The notes: generated by a model not told the origin, from the letters alone. Positions 23,627 through 36,301 are shown, counted from the first letter of the stretch. The stretch is 53,929 nt of DNA from Prorocentrum cordatum (GCA_963575745.1 CAUYUJ010000282.1:62001-115929), one strand, 5' to 3'. Numbers and translations: made by a program.

Positions 23627-24625
23627 ACGAGGGGGCGCAGCGTGCACGCACGGACGTCCCAGACATCCCACGATAAGTTTATTTTGTTTCAATGCGTTGG
23701 ATCCCGACGTTGTTATCGAATGCCCTGGGGCCCGAGCGGCCTATCGAGGAAACGTCGCCACGGTTGAACATCACATCGTCGGATGTCTGGGGGGTGCTCT
23801 GGGAAGGGCGTTGGAGATCGTGGCATGCGAGGTGCTCTGGCATGTTCTGCGATGGAGATCGCTGGCAGGAGACAGCCTTGAGGGGGACGAAGGCGGGGCA
23901 GCACAATGCATCAGTTTGGGCCGCACTCACGTGCGGTGGACGGCGGCTCGTCGGTACCGACGCTCGAGCCGCGCGCGCAGACGAAAGAGACGCGCGTGGG
24001 CACACTCACGGCATGATCATGCGTCGCTGTTTCCAGGAATCAGCCCACGTTATCAGAGAGATCCTGGTCGTGTCCCTCCCTCCTTCCATCCTTCCCCTAC
24101 CACCTGTCGGAGTTTGCATGTTGCATGCAGGGGTCCCGTACGTTGATTTCTTCCTTCGATTCCCTCTGCCCCCGACTGCCTCTACAAGGGGCCTGGTTGT
24201 TCTGGACGTGCTTGTGCATGGTGGTTTTGTCTGTATGTATGTTCTTCGGCGAACGTTTGCGATGAGGAGGGTCAGGCTCTCACAGGCAGGCCAAGTTACC
24301 CTGGAGAAGCATGCGAGTTATCACCAGGCATTGCAGCTTGGACCAGGTTGGATGATGATGAGGAGGATCAGGATGAGGACGAGGGGAGGAGGAGGAGGAG
24401 GGGGCAGGATCTTACCTCGCAGGCAAACCCCAATTCCCCTGGAGATGCGTGCGGTCACTAGGCTTGGCATTGAAGCTTGAGCCAAGCTGGAGGAGGATCA
24501 GGAGGGGGAGGGGGAGGAGGGGCCAGGATCAGGTCAGGGGATCCCCGCACATGCATGTCGTCTGCCCTTTTCTGGCCCAGGATCCAAGGGTCACGTGTCC
24601 TTTCGCGCCTCGAGCTCCGCGCCGA

Positions 24626-26732
24626 ATGGCGGCTCGTGCGTCTGCGGAGGAGCTGGCTGTTTTGGATGACCCCACCCCCGAACGGTTTCAAGATAACGGT
24701 GAAGGGCTGCGGGCTTACTTGATGTCGCAATACAAACAGGGCCTGATGAGCGCAACAGTGGTCAACAGTATAGCTTTCTACGCTGAGCAAGGAGGGTGCC
24801 GAGGCATGGGTGATATCTCGCACCCCCCATCGAGCACACATCATGCGGAACACTTGCGCCGAGCTGTGAATGCAAGAGCAAAGTCATCGTTCTACCTCCC
24901 TCGGATCCCTGTCTGGTGCAAGGCAACGGAGACAAGAACATTCATAGAATTCCAGATGAATTTACCTTCGGAGCAGTTTGCCGCGGCGTGGCAGTCGAAC
25001 CCGTCGGAGTTCGACCCGAGTTTGTTTCCAGAGGAAAGCTTGCCACCCACCTTCAAGACCAACGAAGTGTACCTACAGAATCCAGGAAAAACGGTTCCCT
25101 TTGGCTTCTTCTCGGATGCATTCCCGATTACTAAAACAGACGGCTGTTTTGCAATGTACGTTTCCAACTGCCTGACTGGTACCAGGTATGTAGCATGTGT
25201 TCTGCGCAAGTCAGACATGTGCAAGTGCGGTTGCCGCGGCAACTGCACCATGGGATCTATTTTACGAGTTCTGGCATGGGATTTTAATACACTTGCATCA
25301 GGAGTATTGCCTGCCTTCGACCACGAAGGCATGCCTTTCAGTGACGAGACAAGGGCAAACAGGCGCCATTTCCCGATTGCGTCAGGCTGGTGCTGTGCTT
25401 TAACGGAGATGCGAGCAGACTTACTCGAGATCATCGAGAGGCTTGGCGTGAAATCGCATTCCAACATCATCAACCCGTGCTTCCTTTGCGGGTGCCACAG
25501 GAGCGCCCTGCATCACTACCCTGCAACCATCGAGACCATGAATTGGATCCCCCGAGATGCTAGTGTTTACGAGATAATGAAGACCAGGTCGTTAGTTACG
25601 CGGACTGTAATGGACAGCGGGCAGCTGCGCCGATTGCTTCGGCGCATGCACTTCCACGACGAGCTTGGAGGGCACGGGCTACACAAGGACTTCCCTGAGC
25701 TGAATCTTCATAAAGGTTGCAGGATAATAGAGCACGGCCCAGTTGTTGATATCCATGCCCTTCGGCAAATCTCGTCGCCTGCAGATTTTACCTTTTTCGA
25801 CACGAATATTAATATGGGATTAAATCTCATATGTCCCTTGCTATTAGTCAAAGGGTTTACGCTTGAATCGATTCACTTAGACGCCATGCACATACTCGAC
25901 CTGGGAATTACCCAACACCTGCTAGGACGGATTCTATTGAGGATGGTGCAATTGAACTTCGCGAGGTCACGGGCTTTCCGTGCAGAGGGCAGGCGCAGGG
26001 ACAATCTCGCACATCTGCGGAGGCATCGGGGTGACCAATGCGGGGACACGTGCTCGAAGGGAGTGGCGTCTCGAGGGTTATATTAATTTAATAAGTTAGT
26101 TAACGTGTATTAACTTAAGCTTCGGCACCCGACCCCCCTCGAGGCGCATTCTTTTTTAGCATTAAACATGTGGTTCCCGCTGCCCCCATCCCCCATTAAG
26201 GCGGTTGAAGACGTACTACACGACGAACCGCGTGATATTCGGAGGACGCCGCGGTCGACTGAGCCGCATTGGAAAGATCTCCCTGTCCCATTTCAAGAAA
26301 GGGCGCCTTAAAGCAAAGGCAGCCGAGTCCAGGCATCTCCTCCCCCTCGGCAAGCTGCTCCTGAGCGAGAATGCACACCTCCTCCGTGGGGCGGACCAGT
26401 ACCTCGTGCAAGCCTGTGATGCATTGAACAAGGAGCACGATGTGATGAACGAGGAGCCCAGAATTATGTCGCCACTGGGCATCCAACGCCTCCAGAGGGC
26501 CATGCTGAGGTTCCTCTCGTATTGGCAGGCCTATGGCGGCCACGTGGTGTTCAAACACCACGCGGCCGTTCATCTTGTGCAGAACGTCGGCAAGCACGGA
26601 AACCCAAGGTGGTATTGGTGCTATGCCGACGAACAAGAAAATAGGTTAATGGCCAGGATCGCCCAGAGCGTCCATGGCGGCGCCACTTTCTACGAGACGT
26701 TTCTAAGGAAAGTTCTCCCCGAGAGGTGTTGA
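24626..26732 (+). CDS. CACTA/EnSpm (CMC superfamily)-like DDE transposase, 642 aa, join(24626..26022,26201..26732)
   Basis: Ordered motifs PFGFFSDA (D1), CKCGCRGNC, EMRAD (D2), PCFLC, LDAMHILDLG, KAKAAESRH, FKHHAAVH, GNPRWYWCYADE (E). One 178-bp GC-AG intron with AG|G at both ends joins ORFs 24449-26086 and 26205-26732 in frame without stops. Confidence 0.82.
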
Positions 26733-26738
26733 CCGCTG

Positions 26739-26825
26739 GTTTCACTATAGTTTCACAATAGTTTCACATTGTTTCACATTCGTGGTTTCACACTGTTTCA
26801 CACGTACCATGTTTCACATTTCACC
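26739..26825. repeat. GTTTCAC repeat cluster immediately 3' of the transposase stop
   Basis: About eight (G)TTTCAC copies, mostly at ~10-bp spacing. Confidence 0.75.
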
Positions 26826-27149
26826 GTTATACGTATCACGTTCCCTCCCTCTCTCTCCTTCTCCCTTCCTATATATATCCTTCCCTCCTTCCTCCCTCCT
26901 TCCTGCATGATCCCTCCCTTTTTATTCTCCCATCCTTCACACCCCCTCCCTCCCCCCTCATGATGCATCCGCTTTGCTCCGCGCCACCATATGGAAGGGG
27001 GGGCGCATCAAATGGGAAGGGGAGGCGGGAAGCACGGATCATCAGCTGCGCAGGGGCGGTGGACCCACCAGCGACGTTCGGTGGAGAGTGGCGCCGTCGG
27101 CGCGGCGAAACCAGCCCCCGCGCGGCTGCGCCGCCCTCCTTCCTCCCCT

Positions 27150-27317
27150 TCGCCGTCGTCGTCGTCGTCGTCGTCGTCGGTCGCCGTCGCCGCCGCCGCC
27201 GCCGCCGCAGCCGACGTCGTCGTCGTCGTCGTCGGTCCTCCTCCTCCTCCTCCTCCTCCTCTTCCTCCTCCTCCTACTACTACTATTAACTATTACTACT
27301 ACTGCGACTACGACTAT

Positions 27318-27364
<47 letters not shown>

Positions 27365-27580
27365 ATACTAATACTACTACTATACTACTACTACTACTAC
27401 TACTTCTACTACTACTACTACTACTATTACTACTACTACTACTACCACTACTACCACCAGTACCACTACCATTACCACTACCACTATAGTACTACTACTA
27501 CTACTACTGCTACTACTACTACTACTACTACTTCTACTACTACTACTACTACTACTACTACCTACTACTACTACTACTAC

Positions 27581-27626
<46 letters not shown>

Positions 27627-27646
27627 CACTATACTACTACTACTAT

Positions 27647-27687
<41 letters not shown>

Positions 27688-27757
27688 ACTACTACTACTA
27701 CTTCTACTACTACTACTACTAATACTACTAATAATTACTAATACGACTACTACGACT

Positions 27758-27795
<38 letters not shown>

Positions 27796-27858
27796 TACTA
27801 CTACTACTACTACTACTATACTACTACTATTACGACTAGTACTACTACTACTACAACA

Positions 27859-27892
<34 letters not shown>
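27150..27892. repeat. Compound microsatellite (GTC/CCT/CTA/GAC)n
   Basis: Directly visible trinucleotide runs. Confidence 0.95.
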
Positions 27893-28104
27893 GTTAGTTG
27901 GTAGCGGCGCTGATTTTGACTGCCCAAGTGTGGCCAACATGTCCATTACTGCGGTTGCGGCGCTCCGTAAGTAGAGCCACACATATATCGAGGTCGCATG
28001 AAGTTAACCTGCGCGTGCATCTAGTTATGGTTGCGGAATTCCGCGTGTTATGACACATGTAGGCGTGTCCCTGAACGCGCACTGGTTTCGGCGATTTTGC
28101 TTGA

Positions 28105-28230
28105 ACGCGGATTGGTTTCACTAACCAAGGATTGATTTTGAGTGAATGGATTGATTTTTTTCAAGCGCTTGATTTATTTTCAATCCGTTCAAAAGCGGAT
28201 TGAAAAAATCATGACCTAGGATGTCGGGGT
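28105..28230 (-). repeat. Right subterminal GGATTGA array and right TIR (28177-28230)
   Basis: GGATTG at 28109, 28129, 28148, 28197 and TCAATCC at 28180; reverse complement matches 6107-6159. Confidence 0.85.
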
Positions 28231-28548
28231 CTCGGTGGATGACCTCCGGAGGCTGCCCTTCCCCGCCGCCAGCGACCAGCGCATGATCTGGAGGGCCCTG
28301 GAGCAGGCGGAGGAAGTGGAGCGAGTCCGGGCGCGTGCCCAGCCGGAGCCCCCGCCGGAGGGGGCGGCGGGCGCCGCGCCCGCATCCGGGACGGCGGGGG
28401 GAGCGGCAGGCGCCGACCCATTCGCCGCCCGGCCCAGCCTCCGGATCACGCTCCAGGAGATAGCGGACCCCCAGCACGTCGAGGAGCGTCACCGTCTCCC
28501 CTGGCCCTCCAACCTTCCATACCTTCCAGGAGGCGCGCGCAGTTGCAA

Positions 28549-28650
28549 ATGTGTCTCTTTTGTCTCTTTTTGTCCCTTTTTGTTTCTTTTTGTCTCTTTT
28601 CATGTCGCAATGTCTCTTTTTGTCTCTTTTTGTCTTTTTTTGTTTTGTGA
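28549..28650. repeat. 10-bp TGTCTCTTTT tandem repeats, possibly the subterminal region of another element
   Basis: Two blocks of TGTCTCTTTT variants, each preceded by T(T/C)GCAA; no partner end found. Confidence 0.6.
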
Positions 28651-30259
28651 TGGCTGTTGATGGTTGTTAATGGTAGTTGGTGATGGTTGTTGGTGATGAC
28701 TATTGATGGTTGGTGATCGTTACGGATGCTGGCGGCACAACGATTGGGTCCTCAAGCGCCGCGCACCGCTGCGACTCCCTCCTCCAGCACCTGGGGTGCA
28801 ACGCTTTTGGTGGCCTAGCTTTGGGGCGCGAAACGTGTGAGGTATGAGCGGTGTTGGGTTTTGTTTACGGGCGCGGTACGTTGTGCCCGTCGGGGTCGCG
28901 CCAGACCGTCGCGATGACGGCTGGGCCCACCTCCTCCCGCATCGCTGCGCAGCGGGACCCACCACGTGGCAGGCGCCAGGTGGTCCTGCCACGCAACGAA
29001 ATACCACGAATCCAGCGGCTGTATGTCGGGCAGCGGCAGTTCGACCAACATGGGCGCCCACCAAGCCCGCGGCCACACCGTGGTCCCAGAGACCACGCAA
29101 GGGGCCGCGGGTTGGCGCCGCAGGCCTGCCCCAGCCAAGCCCACTCCCAAAGCTCGCGCCGCGGCGCCTGCAGGCCACGCCGCTTCCAGTCCCGATTGCC
29201 AGGGCAATCGGGGAGCGACAATCTCGCCGCGGCGCCTGCAGGCCACGCCCCTGGCCGACTCCAAGGGACGGCCGCCTGGCCGCGCGCGGCCTTTGTGGGG
29301 CGCACCACATGGAGCGCGGGCGAATCGATCATGGCCGCCATGGCGGCCGCGGGAGGAGCCCAGGCTGCTCGAGCGCCATGCGGAGGGTGAATGATGGTGG
29401 TGGTGGTGGTGGTGGTGGTGGTGGTGATGGTGGTGGTGATGTGGTGGCGTCGTGGTGGTGGTGGTGGTGGTGATGATGATGATGATGCTGATGATGATGA
29501 TGATGATGGTGTTGATGAGGGTGGTGAGATGATGATGATGATGATGCAGATTATCATGCTGGTAGTGATGATGAAGATGCTGATGATGCTGTTGATGATG
29601 ATGCTGATGTTGTTGGTGATGCGGATGCTGATGTTGGTGATGATGGTGATGGTGGTGATGATCATGATGGCGATGATGATGTTAATAATGATGATGATGC
29701 TGATGATGATGATGATGCTCCCAGGGTGAGGGAGAGGGAGGAGAAGGAGGAGAGGGATATGGATCCGCTACGACAGGAGGGCGAGGGACGGGAGGGGGCC
29801 AGTGGGCAGGAAGAATTGGAGGTCGAGGGAGGGAGGGGGGGTCGAGAAGATGCCCGCCAAGCGAAACCTCGGCCGACCCACCCAAATCCTTAGAGCAGCA
29901 GGCACGAGCCATGAATTAGTGCAAGCAGTGTTTGGGGATAGTGATGGAGGGAAGCCGCAGGGAGAAGAGAGGGGGGGAGAAGGAGGATGGAGGAGGGATC
30001 GAGGAGGGAGGCGGGGGGGAGGAAGGACAGGGAAGAGCCAGGAGGTGTGAAGAGTCGACTCCGCTGGGGTGAGGCGGGGCGCCACTCTCCGGGGGGGCCT
30101 CCTCCTCCTCCTTCTCGTCCCCCTCCGCCTCCTCGAGCTTCAATTCTCCCTGAACGGGTCCGCCGAGATATCGCCTGCGGGCGCCGCCATGGCGCAACCT
30201 ATGGCTATAATGGCGCAACCTGTGGCGCAACAATTTGCTCGGTTCGGTTGAGGCTTCAT

Positions 30260-30910
30260 CTGTCTCGCGGCATCTCGCTTTCGTGGTTTCTCGTGGTGCT
30301 CGCGGTGTCTTGCGGTGCCTCGTGGTGTCTCGTGGTGGTGTCTCATAGTGGTGTCTCGTGGTGGTGTCGCGGGATGGTGTCTCGTGATGAAGTCTCGTGG
30401 TGGTGTCTCGTGGTGCTGTCTCGTGATCGTGGCTCGTGACGGTGCCCCGTGATGTTTCGCGAGATCGATAATGGGATCGATAGTGAGATCGATCGTGAGA
30501 CCGATGAAAAGATCGATAGAGAGATCGATTGTACATTCTAACGTGGTATATATATATAGTGAGATCGATAGTGAGATCAATGGTGACATCGGTTGTGAGA
30601 GGGATAGGAGCAACGATTGCAATATCGATAGTGGTATTGTGTGTGGGATCGATATTAAGAGAAACAGCGAAATCGATGGTGAGGTCCATTGAGTGAAATC
30701 GAGTGTGACAATTGTGAGATACATCGTGAGATCACTAGTGGTGTCGCTTGTAAGAGCAATGGTGAGATCGATAGCGGGATTGATCGAGTAAGATCGGTCG
30801 AGTGAGACGATCCTATGAAACCGATCGAGTGTGATCGATGATGAAATCGATAGTGAGATCGATAGGGATATTGATAGTAAAACCGATCGGGCGATATCGA
30901 TAGCGAGTGA
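30260..30910. repeat. Adjacent degenerate minisatellites (GTGGTGTCTC; GAGATCGATAGT)
   Basis: GTCTCGTGGTG repeats at 30260-30460 then GAGATCGAT repeats at 30460-30910. Confidence 0.8.
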
Positions 30911-30969
30911 GAAGTCGGTTGCTCCCCCCAGAACCTCCTTATCACCCGAAGGGTGGTCGTGTAGGTAAA

Positions 30970-32832
30970 ATGGCGAAACCTGTGGAGCTACTCCTCGTCT
31001 CCAGACAGCCGTTTGGGCTCAGAAGTATATTGAGGAGAGCGCCTGCGAGCCGTCTCCAGAGCTGCCGATGTTATCCGAGCATATTGCGTCGGCGCTGCGG
31101 CTGCTTCCGCTGCCGTCGGACCATCCTCCTTCTCTTCTCGCTCATCTTCCCCATCGCCCTCCTCGCTCCCTTCCCGCTCCACCTTCGAAGCCTCCCCCTC
31201 ATTCCTCGAGGACCGCCGGAAGAATACTTTCGCGCTGTGCAAGTGGGACGCGCACGGCTCGAAGCGCGCGCGTGGCCTGGGTGAGTTCATCATGAGGAGC
31301 CAGACTCGAAGTATGAATGTGAGGATGAAGGAAAGAAGGAGGATGATGAGGCCTAAAGGGAGGGAAGGGGGAGAATGAAGAGGATGCGGGAGGATGCGTG
31401 ATGCATTAAAAGCAGTCGGAGGATGACCAGGAGAAAAAACAGGAGCAGCAGGAGGACGACGACGACGGGGGGAGGGGAGGAGGCTGAGCAAGATGGCGAG
31501 GAGCAGGATGGCCGATCACCAATGAAAACGGAGGGGGGGTGAGAGTCGAGAGGGTGGCCCCGCTCCCGTAGGAGCGGCTGGCATCGGCCCCTGCGCAAGC
31601 TGGCGACCCTCAAGGAGGACTTGATCTTCGAGGTTCCGGAGGTTGAACGGGCTGTGTTCAAGGTGCTACTTATCTGTTTCCTCCTCCGCATCCTCCCCTC
31701 TTCCCCCTCCTGCTCCTCCTCCTGCCCCTCCTCCTCCTCTTCCTCCTCCTGCTGGTCCTCCTCCTCCTCCTCCGCCCCCTCCTCCTCTCCTCCTGCTCCT
31801 CCTCCTCCTGGACCTCCTCTTCCTCGCCCATCCTCCCTTCTCCCTCCTTCTTTTTACTGCCCGCATCCTCCCCCATGTTCCTCCCCCATCCCCCTCCTGC
31901 CTTTCCCCATCGGTGCTGGACTGCGACGCGCGGCGCGCGTGCAGGGAGGCCAAAAAGATCATCGACCTGCTGGCCGGATGGCGCCGCGTCGTGCGGACCC
32001 TGGGGAACAAACGCCCACTTGGGACGAGGAGAGGGATGGCCCTCCCCCTCAACGAAGAGGGGGGGAAGGGTGAGTGTTCATGATGGGAATGGAGGGGTAT
32101 TTCTCGGATAATGATCGGGGGGGGGCAGAGGGGTAGATGAGAAAAAAGGGGGACGATCAATGGAAGGACGAGGAGAAGGAGAAGGAGAAGGAGGAGGGGG
32201 ATAGGAGGAGGGGGATAATGAGGAGGAGGATAGGAGGAGGAGGACGACGACGACGAGGAGCAAAATGAGGAGGGGGGGGAGGTGCAGGAGGAGGAGGAGG
32301 ACGACAACAATGACGACTAGGGGGAGGAGGATGAGGATGCAGAGGAGCAGAAGGACGAGGAAGAGGCAGAGGATGCAGAGAAGGAAGAGGAAGAGGAGGA
32401 GGAGGAGGAGTATCCAGGAGAAGGAGAAGTAGGAGGAGAAGAAGGAGAAGGTGATGGAGGAGGAGGAGGAGGAGGAGAAGGAGGAGGAGGAGGAGGTGAA
32501 GAAGGATGAGGATGATGATGATGATGATGATGAAGAAGATTATGATGATGATGATGATGATGATGAGGAGGAGGAGGAGGAGGAGAAGAAGGAGGAGGAG
32601 GAGGAGGAGTATGGAGGAGGGAGCCCCGCCAGGAACAATTACGCCATCCCCGACGACCTCCGGCGCGAGATGATGCCTGGCCCACGGTTGCTCGCCCGCG
32701 ACTTCTTCAGGGACTCTTCGAGCAGCGACGAGTCCCTGGAGTCGCTCACCGACCCCGACGCAGGTGACGACGACGAGAGGAGGGGGAGGAGGAGGAGGAA
32801 GAGGAGGAGGAGGAGGAGGAGGAGGAGGAGGA

Positions 32833-32870
<38 letters not shown>

Positions 32871-35065
32871 CGAGGAAAAGGAGGAGGAGGAAGGAGGGGA
32901 AGGAGGAGGAGAAGGAGGAGGAGAAGGAGGAGCAGGGGGGGCGATTTTTCGATCGAGGTTCGAACTTCGAGGTTCGAGAAGCTTCTGGACTTTTTTCGCC
33001 CTTTTCGGGTTCTCCAGGAAGCACCTTGTGGCCGCGGCTGGGACCGCCTCGAAAATCTGGCCCAAAGGCACCCCCGGCGGGGCCGAGGGAGATGAGGGGA
33101 AAGGAGGAAGAGGACACTGAGAAGAGCGAGGGGAGGGAAGAGGAGGAAAGCGGAAATGGGGAGGTGGAGATGAGGGAGAGGGCCATAGGGTGGGCAGCTC
33201 CGAGGAGGAGGAGGAGGAGGAAGAGGAGGCTGGCTGGAGGAAAACGGCGAGGGGGAACGACGACGACGACGAAGCAGGCGAGCACGAGCCCCTGGAGGAC
33301 GAGTCAGACGAGTCCGAGTGGGACGTGGCCGAGGAGCCCCGCCAGGATGGCGGCGAGGGCTCGAGCTGGTCGAAGATCGAGGAGGCGCACTGGACCGAAG
33401 ATATGACGGACGTGGACTTCAAGATGGTGGACGGGTGGGCAAAGCGGACATGCGATGACAACTGGGCGGACGAGGTCGTCTCGTCAACAGCTGGGGTCGC
33501 AGTTTTCGTCTGGTCTGACGGGGACAGGTGGCTCGCCGAGGGGGTCTCGTACGACGAGGTGAAGAACCCAGCCGGTGCGGCTGATGCGGCTGCCGTCCAG
33601 CACGTAGCGACTCCGGCGAGGGCGGGGAAGGGCAACGGCAAGGGCAAGGGCAAGGGCAGGGGCAAGTCTGGCAAGGGCAAGTCCAGCAGGGGCTCCAAGG
33701 GCAAGGCCGACAACGGCAAGTGCTCCCCGAGCGCGGACCAGCTGAAGGGCACGGCCAAGTCCAACAAGGGCCCCCCGAGCGCTGGCAAGGCAGACAACGG
33801 CAAGGGCGAGGACAAGTCCGACAAGGGCAAGGGCAAGGCCGACAAAGGCAAGGGCAAGAAGAACGCTGCCGACGACTGTGGCGAGACGGCGTCCGAGAGC
33901 GTGGACCTGACTGCGGGCGTGGGCAAGTCCGACTACGTGTCTGAGGCCCGCTGGTGCAGACTGAGCGGCAAGAGGGCGTCTGCTGGTTCGAGCATGGACC
34001 ACCTGCAGGTCGCAGGCAAGAAGCTCAAGGTGTTCGACGATGGCGACAAGGATGCGGGCGTCGCCGTGGAGGACGAGAACAGCATCGAGACGTGCAGGCA
34101 GGTCTGTGAGAGGAGCGGCTCGTGGAAGGTCCAACGGCGCGTGCAAGCGCTCGCCTGCCTCCACCCTCGTTCTCGTATTCAGGGCTGGACCTAAACGTTG
34201 TGTTCGTGTTGTTGTCGTTTTGTTGTTCGCTTTGTCCTACCTGTTGCCCTGCGCCCCCCTGCCAAAACGAGAAACAAAACGCAGCCGAAATGCAGCAAAA
34301 CAGCTTTTAGGCCCAGCACTGCTCGCACTCGCACTCGTGCGCCGACGTGGACATAGGAAAGGAGGATCTCTAGGGCACCCCCCTGCTCCTCATCTTTGAC
34401 CGCGTCGTCGACTTAGTCGCCCCCCTCAAGTCCCGTCGATTTGGCAGCCGCAGGTGCTGATCAGCCCTAGGCCGAAGATCGACGGGTGGGAGTGCGCAAT
34501 CCGCCACGGCACGAGGCAAGTGTGGACGAAATTCTCAAACGCCAGAGCCCCCGTCTCAGACACCCTGATCGGGACGGCGCAGCACGCCAACAAGCTCATG
34601 CAGAAGATGATCAAAGCTCATGATGTGCCCAAAGATGCAGATGAGGGCGCCAGTTCGGACGATCCTCCCGAGGGGAAGGACAAGAAGTCCAAGGGCGGCA
34701 AATCTGGCGGCAAGGGGAAAAATAAGTCCAAGGGCGGCAAGTCTGGCGGCGAGGGCAAGAAGGCAAAAGGTGGCAAGGCCGAGGGCGAGAAGGAGAACAA
34801 GAAGGAGAGCGATGACGACGATGCCCCCGGGAACGACAAGGAAATTGAGAAGGACGAGGGCCCAGAGAGCGTCAATGAGAATGATAAGAAGGACGAGCTC
34901 TCAGCCGAGGATCCCGAGATCCCAGGCTTTCGACCAGGCTTCGACGACACGCAGCTTCAGACCTTGGAGGACTTCGACGACACCGCCGCCGACGACAAGG
35001 CTGTGGAGGCGGCTGCGGCGCCGGACGAGCCTGCGGCGCCTGTGGCTGCGGCAGCGGACGAGTGA
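30970..35065 (+). CDS. Multi-exon gene E: protein of unknown function with acidic and Gly/Lys-rich tracts
   Basis: Exons GPPEEYFRAVQVGRARLEARAW | SGWHRPLRKLATLKEDLIFEVPEVERAVFK | VLDCDARRACREAKKIIDLLAGWRRVVRTL | NNYAIPDDLRREMM...DPDA | large exon in ORF 33190-34194 (AVFVWSDGDRWLAEG, GKGKG repeats) | terminal exon 34454-35065; high GC3; start exon tentative. Confidence 0.6.
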
Positions 35066-35319
35066 GCGCACGGCAGCTCAGTTTTAAATTCTCGACGCTT
35101 CGCGTGTCCCCACCAGCCCATCCCGAAACAGCTACTTTTACTGAGCCCTACCGAATGTCGTGGCTTTCGCGCTTACCTCCTCATGCCCTCGCCTATCTCC
35201 TCTCGTTGCTCTTAATTCCTACTTGCTTCCTTTTACTTCTTCCTTGTGGGAGGAGTGGGAGGAGGATGGGGCGGAGGAGGAGAAAGAGAAGGCGGTGGGG
35301 CGAGAGAGGAAGAAAGCGA

Positions 35320-35355
<36 letters not shown>

Positions 35356-35678
35356 CGATGACCACGACAATGACGACGCACCCGACGACGACGAAGACGA
35401 CGACCACGAAGACGACGCCGATGACGACGACGAAGGAGGAGGAGGAAGAAAGAGGGCGAACAGAATAGCCATAAGCCTTTTGAGTGACTCTCGGAGTCTC
35501 CTCTGGTTCCTTGGAAGTGCAAGGGGGGATGATGATGATGATGACGATGATGATGATGATGATGATGATGATGAGGAGGAGGAGGAGGAGGAGGAGGGGG
35601 GGGAGGAGGAGGCGGGGGAGAGTAAAGAGAGAGGAGGAGGAGGAGGAGGAGGAGGAGGAGGAAATTATCCAAGTGCGA

Positions 35679-36301
35679 CCCTACCTAGGAGTTGGAACCC
35701 CTAGGAAAGCAGCATTTGTAGTAACAGTAACGCTAAGCTAACGCTAAGCTACTGCTAAGCTAAAGCTAAGCTAAAGCTAAGCTAAAGCTAAGCTAAAGCT
35801 AAGCCACAGCTAAGCTAAAGCTAAGCTAAAGCTAAACTAAAGCTAAGCTCAAGCTAATCCACAGCTAAGCTAAAGCTAAGCTGAAGCTAAGCTAAAGCTA
35901 AACTAAAGCTAAAGTGGAGCAACAGCTAAGCTACAGCTAAGCTAAAGCTAAGCTAAAACTAAGCTGAAGCTAAGCTACAGCTAAGCTACAGCTAAGCTAA
36001 CGCTAAGCTAAAGCTAAGCTAAAGCTAAGCTGCAGCTAAGCTCAAGCTAAGCTCAAGCTGAGCTAAAGCTAAGCTAAATCTAAGCTAAGCTCTAAACGAA
36101 AAGCTAAGCGAAACGCTAAGCGAAACGCTAAAGCTAAGCTACAGCTAAGCTAAAGCTAAAGCTAAAGCTAAAGCTAAAGCTCCCAGGGGACTGGGGGGAA
36201 CCGCTCCCAGGGGACTGGGGGAACCGCCCGGGGCGCTTTCCACTGCCCGGCCCCTTTAAGCTAAGAGAGTAAGAACCCTTCTAGGCAGAGCCTAGGTAGG
36301 G
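35679..36301. mobile_element. 623-bp MITE-like element with 11-bp TIRs enclosing a (GCTAAAGCTAA)n array
   Basis: CCCTACCTAGG at 35679 and CCTAGGTAGGG ending 36301; internal 11-bp repeat at ~35732-36180 and a duplicated CTCCCAGGGGACTGGGGG(G)AACCG. Confidence 0.65.

Larger units (their letters stand above)
6107..28230 (+). mobile_element. Putative giant (~22.1 kb) CACTA/EnSpm(CMC)-like DNA transposon with cargo genes
   Basis: Left end ACCCTGACATCCTCCATCATGATTTTTTCAATCCGCT vs reverse complement of right end ACCCCGACATCCTAGGTCATGATTTTTTCAATCCGCT (33/37 identical), followed by a further 12-bp match ACGGATTGAAAA; CT on both flanks (6105-6106, 28231-28232); shared GGATTGA subterminal repeats; internal CMC-type transposase. 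Caveat: N-gap at 17596-17695. Confidence 0.72.

Noticed and set aside
23692..24480. 262-aa ORF upstream of the transposase
   Set aside because: No motif or consistent exon model; could hide a small minus-strand gene but this cannot be supported.
32157..33926. 589-aa minus-strand ORF
   Set aside because: Antisense shadow of gene E plus microsatellites.
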